A stretch of DNA of 40,000 nt from an uncultured Candidatus Peribacteria bacterium (GTDB taxonomy: Bacteria; Patescibacteriota; Gracilibacteria; BD1-5; UBA2023): NCBI GenBank assembly GCA_964644075.1, contig CAZXUQ010000003.1, positions 38,166 to 78,165 of the forward strand, given 5' to 3'. Made by a program: the position numbers and the translations under genes. This document shows, piece by piece, positions 31,204 through 39,992 of this stretch. The notes beneath the pieces are model-generated. The model was given only the letters and a program-made list of their open reading frames with translations. It made no database searches and was not told the DNA's origin. Position 1 is the first letter of the stretch, and every line of letters starts with the position of its first letter.

Positions 31204-31859
31204 AGCATATATCCAGTTTTATAGAGAGTTTTTATCTTTACCTGATCTCAGAGCTTCTTTTTGATTTTGGATATGGTAGCATTGAGAGTATTGTCAGAAA
31301 AAAGCTCGAGTCGTATTTCTCACCATACGTATCCGATGAGCTCCTCTCGTTTTATGGTTTCTCACTTTTTCATGAGGAGGAGTTCGATGACGAGACTTTC
31401 TTTATGAGGCATAGGCACGTAGACCCCATCGACGTAGCACTCTTTTTTATCGGGATTATAGGAGATATTTTTATAGACGATAGCGAGAGTCTCTTTTCGT
31501 CATATAGGCCTCCTCAGGAGGGCTCGTATGCGCGCGAGAAACTCGTCTGGAACGAGTGGCTTGATCATATAGTCATCAGCTCAGATGTCGAGTCAGTGAG
31601 TGATATTGTCAGTGTCGCCATATCAGGATATGATCATGATAGGAGACTGGATATCTTTCTCTCGGAGCCACGCTATGATGTCCATACCACTCCCATCTCG
31701 CAGGGATATATCTATGACATAGAGGTCAGTATTGGTCGGAGGGTTAGCAAAAAATTTCTCACACGAATGATATATCACTACACTATATCCGTAGTTTTCG
31801 AGTTTTTTCCCGATTTTATTGGAAAGCAAGATTTCGTCGTCTATGATGACTATTTTCAT
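31197..31859 (-). CDS. OmpR/PhoB-family response regulator (orphan, 220 aa)
   Basis: The track ORF 31623-31859 continues through 8 TGA codons to TAA at 31197-31199. Receiver residues: IIDDE, YVIDISLRDGSG, MIISGYGD (Gly encoded by TGA), YMIKPL. The C-terminus is ...LIGYVWG......NTLNATISKIKKKL....TLYKTGYML. Confidence 0.85.
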
Positions 31860-31951
31860 ATAGTTTGGTGATTTTCATCATAGAGAACTTTTTTACCTTG
31901 TAAAGTCGACTCCAAAAATTGGGTCCAAAATGTAAGAAAAAAGTAACATTT

Positions 31952-32704
31952 CTACATCTTACAGACAGTATGTGTCATGTCAGCATGGAGTCCAGCAGCA
32001 CATGGTGTGCAAGACGGAGAACCTACCGTACTTACGCTATTTCCTCTACATGATTTACAGCTCCCACCACTACTAGAGTACGTACCTGCTCGACAGTCGA
32101 TGCAACTTTTTTTCTCTCTATCGGAGGTCTTTCCTGCAGGACATACACTACATATTGGAGATCCTTCGACAGATGTGATAGTTCCAGTCTTGCACGTTCG
32201 GCAAGATTTCCCATCAGCAGATGCGCTACCAGGACTACAGAGACGACACTCTCTTCTGGAAAGAGTAGACTCATATCAGGCACTACAACTCAGACAGCTT
32301 ACGGCACCAGCACTTGATGAGTACTGTCCTATACCACAGCTACGACAGCTTTTCCCATCTGATCAGTATGTTCCTGCTGGACAGGCGACACATGCAGTTC
32401 CGAGAGTATTTGGTTTCATGCCAGGAGCACATTTCTGACAGCTAACAGCTCACTCAGATGAATACTCTCACTCACTACATGGTGCGCATGACTTTCCTGA
32501 TGCGCTATAGGTTCCAGGCTTGCAGGCAGTACATGTGTTGTCTCTCCCTGGGTACATACCAGGAGCACATTCTATTGTTTTTTTCGTATATTTTGCCTCT
32601 CATGATACTACTATAGCCTGAATAGCATATGCCTGTGTCATGATGAGAGCGATGATCGATATGAGCGCACTGACGATCAGCCCGAGAGAAAAATATTTTT
32701 TCAT
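31952..32704 (-). CDS. Secreted cysteine-rich repeat protein (250 aa) with about 12 tandem CxxC-xx-G units, resembling the ephrin-receptor-like/GCC2_GCC3 repeat
   Basis: ATG 32704-32702 gives the signal peptide MKKYFSLGLIVSALISIIALIMTQAYA. Units of 15-17 aa follow: CTACKPGTYSASGKS, CAPCSEGEYSSEGAVS, CQKCAPGMKPNTLGTA, CVACPAGTYGSDGKS and so on. There are 5 in-frame TGA codons and TAG at 31952-31954. The frame was checked line by line. Confidence 0.8.
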
Positions 32705-32784
32705 AGAGAGAAAAGTTAGGTACCAGTATTATAGTTTCTAAAAAGAGAAATCAATAAGGAATACCTGGAAAAATAAAAAATACT

Positions 32785-33171
32785 ATGAAAAATATATTAG
32801 CTTTATTTTTTACTAGATACTATTACTCATCTGGCGATAAGGTCATATTTTTTCAGAATAAGTCACCTTTCCATGATGAACAAATATCAGTATTTGATTC
32901 ACATCTTAGAGATGGATCTGTATGTTCTCTCCATTCACAAGTCTCTATAGTTGCATTTATTGAATTTTTTCAAGAAAGTAAGTGTGCCACACAACGGTGA
33001 TTGCCATCGCTCAGTCAAGGATTTCATGAAATTGGACATACTACTACGCGAACATTTTCTATCACTTCACCTGAAGATATCCGTCTCATATACGTAGCAA
33101 CTGTAGGACCATGAACAGAGTGTTGGTCGCTATACAAATCACGAATAGGTATATTTTTTTCTATCATGTAA
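32785..33171 (+). CDS. Hypothetical protein (128 aa), weak call
   Basis: The track ORF 32785-33000 continues through 2 TGA codons to TAA at 33169-33171. I recognised no motifs. Confidence 0.3.
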
Positions 33172-33179
33172 GCAAAGTT

Positions 33180-35063
33180 TTATTTCTTCAGTATATTCAC
33201 AAATGTCTCACTCGGGATCGAGACTTTTCCGAACATTTTCATCTTTTTCTTTCCTTCTTTTTGTTTTTCGAGGAGTTTACGCTTTCGTGTTATATCGCCT
33301 CCGTAGAGCTTCGCAGTGACATCTTTCCTGAGGGCTGATATATCCTCACGAGCGACGACATCGTTGCCTACGACTGCCTGGAGGGCGATCGCGAACTGGG
33401 CTTTTGGGATAGACTCTTTGAGTTTCTCGCAGATGCGACCTCAGAGATAGCGAGTACGACCACGGTGTGCCATCATCGAGAAAGCATCGACCACGTCTCA
33501 GGCGACTCGGATATCCATTTTTACGATGTCATCCATCTTGTACGAGAGGGGTTCGTAGTGGAGGCTGGCATATCCTGATGAGAGGGACTTGAGATCGTCA
33601 TAGTAGTCACCGACGAGTTCACTCATCGGGATCTCGTAGTGGAGGACGACGCGAGATGCATCGAGGTACGTCTGGTTGCGAAATATCCCTCGGCGTTCCT
33701 GAGCGAGGTTCATGAGATTTCCGATATATTCATTGGGCGTGATCATCTCGACTTTGGCGATCGGCTCCTCGATATGGATATAGGTTCCAGGCTTCGGGAG
33801 ATCTTCAGGATTGGAGATCCAGAGATAGGTACAAGTACGTCCCTCGAACTCGGTGAGTTCAGGACTATTTCTCGGGTAATCGGCACACTTATCTCCTCCT
33901 ATGAGGACTTTGTATGTCACCTGTGGACTCGTGATGATGACGTCCATATCGTGCTCTCGCCAGAGCCGCTCCTTCACGATATCGAGGTGGAGGAGTCCGA
34001 GAAATCCACAGCGAAATCCATATCCGAGTGCGGGTGAAGCCTCATGTTCTGTGACGAGTGATGAGTCGTTGAGCTGGAGCTTCTCGATCGCATCTTTCAT
34101 CTTCGGGTATTCGTCGGTATCGATCGGATAAATCCCTGCGAAGATGTAGGGCGTGATACGCTTAAAACCCTTGATCGCATTTTTTGACTCAGGTCTTCAC
34201 GAAAATACGGTATCACCCACGCGAGCGTCAGCGATCGATTTGAGCCCTGTGACCACATATCCGATCTCCCCTTCATGGAGGATACCTGTCGGAGAGTATT
34301 TCGGACGGAAACATCCGACTTCGAGTGCTTCGATCTTGGCTCCTGTATTGATAAACTCGAGAGTATCTCATTTCTTGATCTCACCACTAAAAAGCTTCAA
34401 GTATACCACTACTCACTTGTATGGGTCATACTGTGAGTCAAAAATCAGAGCTTTCGTGATATCTTTCTCGTTGGCGTCAGATTCATGTGGGAGGAGACCC
34501 GATTCTCGATCGAGTTTCTTGGGTTCTGGGATACGGTCGACGACGGCGTCGAGGACAGCTTCGATATTGAGTCCGGTCTTTGCCGACACAGCGATGATAT
34601 CCTCTTTTTTGCAGCCGAGGAGATTGATGACTTCCTCACTTACTCGCTCTGGATCAGCCGATGGGAGATCGATTTTATTGAGCACGGGGATGATCGTGAG
34701 ATCATTTTCCATGGCGAGATAGACATTGGAAAGTGTCTGTGCCTCTATGCCCTGGCTCGCATCCACGACGAGGATTGCTCCCTCGACAGATGCGAGAGAT
34801 CGTGATACCTCATACTGGAAGTCGACGTGTCCTGGGGTGTCGATGAGATTGAGTTCGACTCACTCCCACTCCATGCGTACTGGAGTGAGTTTGATCGTGA
34901 TGCCACGCTCACGCTCGAGATCCATGTTATCGAGGGTCTGAGACTGGAGTTCACGTTTTTCGAGGGTACCAGTCACCTCCATGAGTCGATCAGCAAGGGT
35001 AGATTTCCCATGGTCGATATGAGCGATGATACAGAAATTGCGGATGGAAGAGGGTGTAGACAT
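33180..35063 (-). CDS. lepA: Elongation factor 4 (LepA)
   Basis: Track ORFs 34860-35063, 34413-34766 and 33498-34100 are in one frame, and the gaps contain only TGA. Motifs seen: [35 protein letters not shown]. The C-terminus is LepA-specific. TAA is at 33180-33182. Confidence 0.95.
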
Positions 35064-35065
35064 GG

Positions 35066-35332
35066 CTATTGTTGTGTAATGGTTGCCCCGGGATGATCGA
35101 CTAAGATTGCTATGATTTTTTGTTGTACGCTGAGTTCGACATCGCTCTCGGTGACAAATACTAAGTGAAAGTTTCCATTTGTATAATCAGGAGAATTTTC
35201 ACTTGGTTGGTATCGTTGTTCAATGCGAATGATACTACCACCGACAGTTTTGCTTATTGTGGATACAAGTTGTTGTTTGGTCTGACCAGTAAGAGCTCAT
35301 CACTGACCAATCGGATAATTTACTGCTAACAT
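35066..35332 (-). CDS. Small hypothetical protein (88 aa) immediately upstream of lepA
   Basis: ATG 35332-35330 runs to TAG 35066-35068, 2 nt before the lepA ATG. It contains a tandem TGA-TGA at 35297-35302. Confidence 0.4.
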
Positions 35333-35373
35333 GCCCGCACTATAGTGAAAAAGGAGAAAAAGGCAAAAAACTC

Positions 35374-35401
35374 TTTACAAAAAAACACTCCCACATATAC
35401 T
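35374..35401 (+). promoter_or_regulatory. Sigma70-like promoter TTTACA-N16-TATACT
   Basis: TTTACA at 35374-35379 and TATACT at 35396-35401. The -10 context (ATATACTGCC) matches the promoter at 8761. Confidence 0.5.
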
Positions 35402-35510
35402 GCCTCCATGCTTATATCTCAAAGACTCATCACCTGGTCAAGTTTTATCTCCTGCTCGCTCTCCTCACAGGCGGGCTCTTTGATGTAGTTTTTTTCGAAA
35501 AATCTCTTCA

Positions 35511-35542
35511 CACCCGCGCATTTTGCTCGGGTGTTTTTATTT
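35511..35542 (+). terminator. Rho-independent terminator about 110 nt downstream of the 35374 promoter
   Basis: CACCCG (35511-35516) pairs with CGGGTG (35528-35533) around an 11-nt loop. The stem is followed by TTTTTATTT. Confidence 0.55.
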
Positions 35543-35746
35543 ACTTTCTCTTTCCGATGAATACTTTACGCAATAATTTAGCATGACTCACTGGTTCAGT
35601 GACAAAGATTGCACAGAACCTTGTCCCTTTTACTCGTGCTTGTTTTTGAAATGGTTTTGTTTCCAATCTTGCCCTCTCGATCGCCTATAGAGTGGAACAT
35701 ATACATACGAGAGTTTCATCGGGAAGGTAATACCTAGTACTCCTTT

Positions 35747-36376
35747 ATGTTCAATCAAAAACTTCTTTTCCTTTTTGCGATTTATATCGCTGCGATTTTC
35801 GCGTCCAATCTCCTCGGTATGAAGACGATGCCATTTTTCTTCGGGACACATCTTTCTGTGGCGGTGTTTTTTATGCCGATACTCTTTCTCACGACGGATA
35901 TCGTCTGAGTTCTCTATGGGAAACAAATATCTCAAAAATTCGTCACTGCTGGTACGGTCGCACTCCTCTTTTTCCTTCTTGCGAACTTTCTCGCTAATGC
36001 ACTTCCCTGGTCTCCGGCGACATTTTCTCGTATCGGGACTGCATATGATGAGGTTTTTGCACTCTCGCTTCGTATGGGGATAGCGTCGCTTGCTGCATTC
36101 TTTTTTTCGGAGTATGTTGATGTGGCTGTCTTCTTTTTTGTGAAGAAATTCACTTCCAATTTTTTTGTCAGATCGACACTTTCCAATATAGTCTCTCAAG
36201 CGATTGATACTGCTGTCTTCATGACGATCGCGTTTATATGAGTATTTTCTCCTGAAAAGATCATCATGATGGCACTTCCCTGGTGGATATATAAAGTGCT
36301 CTGATGAGTTCTCTATACACCGATTTCTTATTTTATCCTCTCACTCTTTTTACGAACATGATCGTCACACCGATAA
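35747..36376 (+). CDS. yhhQ: Queuosine-precursor transporter YhhQ (DUF165/VUT family)
   Basis: ATG 35747. The sequence PILFLTTDIVGVLYGKQISQKFV, with at least 6 TM helices, matches the YhhQ pattern. The frame was checked line by line. There are 5 in-frame TGA codons, including a tandem pair at 36302-36307. TAA is at 36374-36376. Confidence 0.75.
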
Positions 36377-37056
36377 AAACTCGTATCTTCCGTGAATGAG
36401 AAGATCTTCTTGCATTTATCGAAGAATATCTACCCACTTTCTATGACGGAGATATCCTCGTCATCACATCCAAAATCGTCGCACTATCAGAGTCACGAAC
36501 ATTTGTCGCACACACAGAAGAAGAAAAACTTAAAGTAATCGAGCGAGAGAGTAGCTGGCATGCTCGAACCAAGTATGTTCACCTCACGATCCATGATCGT
36601 ATGCCGATGGCAAATGCTGGTATCGATGAATCCAACGGTGATGGAAAGTGTATCATGCTTCCGAGAGACTCCTATGAAAGTGCCTACCAGATATGGCATA
36701 CTCTTCGGGAAAAATACACTCTTGCAAATCTTGGCATTATCATCACAGACTCACATACTGTCCCTTTTCGTAAAGGGACAACAGGGGTTTCGCTCGGACA
36801 TATGGGATTCGAGTGAGTAAAAGACTATATCGGCAAACCTGATATTTTTGGGCGGCCTTTTGCTTTTTCTCGGGCTAATATCGTCGATGCTCTCGCCACA
36901 TCCGCTGTCCATACTATGGGAGAGTGAGATGAATGTCAGCCACTCGCGATCATAAAAAATCCTCTCGTCACATGGAGTGAAGAGAGGCAAACGGGAGATG
37001 ATCTCATCATCGATCCAGAGGATGATATGTATGGGCCGTTATTTATGCGCAACTAG
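36358..37056 (+). CDS. CofE-like protein (F420-0:gamma-glutamyl ligase family, PF01996)
   Basis: ATG 36358 joins track ORF 36601-36816. Motifs seen: GDILVITSKIVA, ANAGIDESNG, IIITDSHTVPFRKGTTGVSLGHMGF. There are 3 in-frame TGA codons and TAG at 37054-37056. Confidence 0.75.
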
Positions 37057-38102
37057 AAATCCCAGCTTCCCGCCATATTCGAGCTCTGTGTATAGTTGAT
37101 AACTGTCGTCTCGAAGAAGTTTCCTTTATCCGCGTTTGGATCCTGGAGGCGGTCGAGGTGTTTGTACGGATTAGTGATCGCCTCTGGGTAGAGTGGCTCT
37201 ATACCGAGCATAGAGAGGCGCTGATTGGCGAGCCAGCGAGTATAGCCTTCTGTGGTCTCACCATTGATCCCCATGATACGGTTCCCGAGGATATGCTTTG
37301 ACCACTTGATCTCCTGATCTACCGCCGTGCGCATCATGTCCTTGATGAGATTTTCATCGTAGACTTCTGGAAATTCACGCTTGATCTCGCGGATAATATT
37401 GGAAAATATCGTCACATGCGTGAGCTCATCACGACGGATATAGGCGATCATACGACCAGTCGCTGGCATCTTCATATGATCGACGAGTGTATCGAAAAAT
37501 GCAAAACCATTGTAAAAATAGAGACTCTCGAGGAGGAAGTTCGCCACGATACCACGGAAAAATGTATGATCACTCGGTCAGTCGATAAAATCCTGATAAA
37601 TCTGACCGATATATTTATTGCGCTCGAGGAGGACTTCGTCATTTTTCCAGAAGTAGTAGATCTCATCACGTTCCTCTGAGTTCACGACACTCTCGAGGAT
37701 CGTAGCATATGACTGCGAGTGGATCGCCTCCTGGTATGCCTGGATCGAGAGGATGAGGTTGACCTCAGGACTTGTGATATAGTCGTTGAAATTCGGGAGA
37801 TTGACCGTCTGGATCGAGTCGAGAAATATGAGAAATGAGATAATTCCTTTATAGGCTTTTTGCTCATCAGGCGTGAGAGTCGTCTGGAAGTCTCGAGCAT
37901 CGTCCTTGAGTCCGCTCACTTTCTCTGGCACCCAGAAATTCCCGACCATCACTTGGTAGAGGCTTTTTGCCCAGGGGTATTTGACAGCATTGAGGTTAAA
38001 AAGTCCTGTCGTCGCTCCTTTTATGATCGTACGAGCAGAGACATCATCATTTCCGAGAGGATTGAAAATCTGATTGCGAAGAATTGCATCTTGTGTCGAC
38101 AT
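37053..38102 (-). CDS. nrdB: Ribonucleotide reductase small (beta) subunit, class I
   Basis: Track ORFs 37578-38102 and 37053-37547 are in one frame, joined by one TGA. Motifs seen: FLDSIQ, QEAIHSQSY, FLLESLYFYNGFAFF, RRDELTH. Confidence 0.93.
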
Positions 38103-38142
38103 ATAGTGTTTTGATTAGTATATGGGATACAAGATATAGTAT
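38094..38142 (-). promoter_or_regulatory. Two NrdR-box-like 16-mers upstream of, and overlapping, the nrdB start
   Basis: On the minus strand, ATACTATATCTTGTAT (38142-38127) matches 13 of 16 positions of the remembered consensus acaCwAtATaTwGtgt. ACACTATATGTCGACA (38109-38094) matches 11 of 16. Their starts are 33 nt apart. Confidence 0.3.
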
Positions 38143-38171
38143 ATATTTCTCTGGAAAATCAAGAGATTTTT

Positions 38172-38591
38172 CTACTTTTTTGCGATGATTCGGCGTTTTT
38201 GAGACCGAGGAGCCATAGTAGTCGTATCTTCGATCATATCGCGTACCTCTCCCACATCTTTTTCGACTGTTTTTACTTCTTTTTCTATGCGTTCGTCAGC
38301 TTTCCTGAGTCTCTCGAGATTGGACTGGAAGAGTACGGTCATCACGTAGAGAAAGAGCGGGACATAAAATATCGCATATCCCATCGTGAGGATCTTTCCC
38401 GCCATGGTCATAGGAACGAGGTCACCAAATCAGATCGTCGCTGTCGTGATGACGGTAAAGTAAAAAGCATTGAAATAGTTCTCTCCGATCGGATAGCCTG
38501 CCTCGAAGCGGTGGATGAGGAACGTCCCGATGAGCCAGCTCATGAGAAAGACGGTTCCTGCAGTGATGAGTTTGCGGTGGTGGATGTGCAT
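38172..38591 (-). CDS. Minimal two-TM potassium channel (139 aa) with a C-terminal charged helix
   Basis: ATG 38591-38589. TM1 is followed by the pore helix and filter YFTVITTATIGFGDLVP, then TM2. The first filter Gly is TGA at 38430-38432. TAG is at 38172-38174. Confidence 0.8.
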
Positions 38592-38628
38592 AGTGTGTAT
38601 TATAGTGGTCTCGGGGGAAATGCAAGAT

Positions 38629-39444
38629 TTATATATCCATTTTTGGCAAAACGTATTTATTGTAGTAGTGCTTTGTAGCTAGTATGATATCCATGTTTTG
38701 ATACTTGGGATTTATGCGAATGAGAGTTCGTCTCATAAGTTCTATAAATACCTGAGGTTCTATTAAGGTACGCATTGTCGTAATTCTTCCATCGAAGTGG
38801 CTAATTTCCACATTTCCGATATCTTCCATGGACTTACATGAAATGATACTAGTGACTATGAGATCAAAAAGAGTTATATCATTTCTTTTTTTGAATGTTC
38901 CAAGAGAGCCATCTCACACCATAGAACCATCTTTCCCGATCAAAAATACAGTATATATGCTATCTTCACTGTTTATGATTTTTTCAGGATGATATCCATC
39001 AAGTTTATCTAAAGTTAGAGGAAAATCAGGAATTCCTTCTGTCATATGTGGTTTTAGCTTTATCCCTAGTCCTCTAAAAATATCCCATACGTATTGCTCA
39101 TAGTTCTCTATCTCTCGTGTCGGTGTTTTTTCTATAAGGAGAACAAGTTGTCAGGCTGATATTTCTGCAGTTTCTTTGGTTTTGGGATCTTGTGTTAGTA
39201 GGAGAGAGTAATCTCAGTACACTTCTCATTCGGAAAAGAAATCTACCTCCCCTACTCTATTCAGAATATCAAAAAATCGTATCGCAGTTTCTTCTGCTGG
39301 TTTATCGAGTCGATCCCAAAATAAGTTGTGTTCTTCATGAATGGCAACTACAGTAGCACCTACTTTTGAACTCAGTCTATCGGTTCTTGCTCACTGATTA
39401 GCATTATTACGAGGAGAAAATATCAAAACGTTACTATCTCACAT
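38629..39444 (-). CDS. Hypothetical protein (271 aa) in a visibly AT-rich stretch
   Basis: The track ORF 38629-38829 extends upstream through 6 TGA codons to ATG 39444-39442. An in-frame TAA lies at 39454-39456 upstream. The frame was checked line by line. I recognised no family. Confidence 0.55.
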
Positions 39445-39506
39445 AAAAATTACTTATAGTACGTCAAGTATATATTCTAAAATATATTGTCAAATAAATA
39501 TCAGGA

Positions 39507-39992
39507 CTATTCTAAATACTCTATCACATAATCGAGTGGGTACTCGTGAAACTTGACGCACATCGCATCATATTTCCTACTCACGTCTGAGTTGACTGAC
39601 TTCGAGAGGGCTCGAGTGTCCCAATCGAGATGAGGGTAGCGTGTCATCCATATCCTTGGATCTTCTCCGACGACGAACTCTGCATGTTCCCATCCAGTTT
39701 TGTATGAGATTGATTGTTTAGGTGCTGGGAGCTCGACGAGTCTGACCGTACGATCCTGATAGACGAGAGGAATAGTGAGTGTATAGGTCGATATTGGTCG
39801 TCCGTCGATCTCTGCCTCAGTCAGGAGTATCCCCATGTTGCTAAGGACTATTCTCATAGCACAGTACTCCTCCAGTGTCGCTACACGGTAACAGAGATGA
39901 TCGAGTTTATATGATGATACATCGATCCCATCTCGGGCGATATGGTCGAAGAGCTCGTCAAGAAATATTTCGTGCGGAGGGAGGATGGACAT
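39507..39992 (-). CDS. YecM-like VOC (glyoxalase-fold) family protein
   Basis: Intact track ORF with DHLCYRVATLEEY, GRPISTY, VELPAPK and GWEHAEFVV, which resembles YecM. Confidence 0.65.
   Translation of the reverse strand: MSILPPHEIFLDELFDHIARDGIDVSSYKLDHLCYRVATLEEYCAMRIVLSNMGILLTEAEIDGRPISTYTLTIPLVYQDRTVRLVELPAPKQSISYKTGWEHAEFVVGEDPRIWMTRYPHLDWDTRALSKSVNSDVSRKYDAMCVKFHEYPLDYVIEYLE

Noticed and set aside
31179-31871. 230-aa plus-strand ORF
   Set aside because: It is antisense to the minus-strand OmpR-type response regulator, whose receiver and winged-helix motifs are clear.
31977-32438. 153-aa plus-strand ORF
   Set aside because: It is antisense to the Cys-repeat protein. The minus strand has a signal peptide and a regular CxxC periodicity, and the plus-strand product has neither.
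34153-34722. 189-aa plus-strand ORF (also 34097-34387 on the minus strand, off-frame)
   Set aside because: It lies inside lepA on the wrong strand or frame and has a Ser/Arg-rich shadow composition.
35557-35730. 57-aa ORF in the yhhQ leader, and the 26-aa ORF at 35408-35488
   Set aside because: They are short, have no motifs and need TGA read-through. They are mentioned only as alternatives in the leader finding.
35408-35746. preQ1-I riboswitch upstream of yhhQ
   Set aside because: The genomic context fits. However, I found no P1 hairpin followed by the conserved A-rich ...AAAAAACUA tail. It is kept only as an untyped candidate leader.
35630-36199. 189-aa minus-strand ORF
   Set aside because: It is antisense to yhhQ. 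It is Lys/Arg-rich, as expected opposite a Phe/Leu-rich membrane protein.
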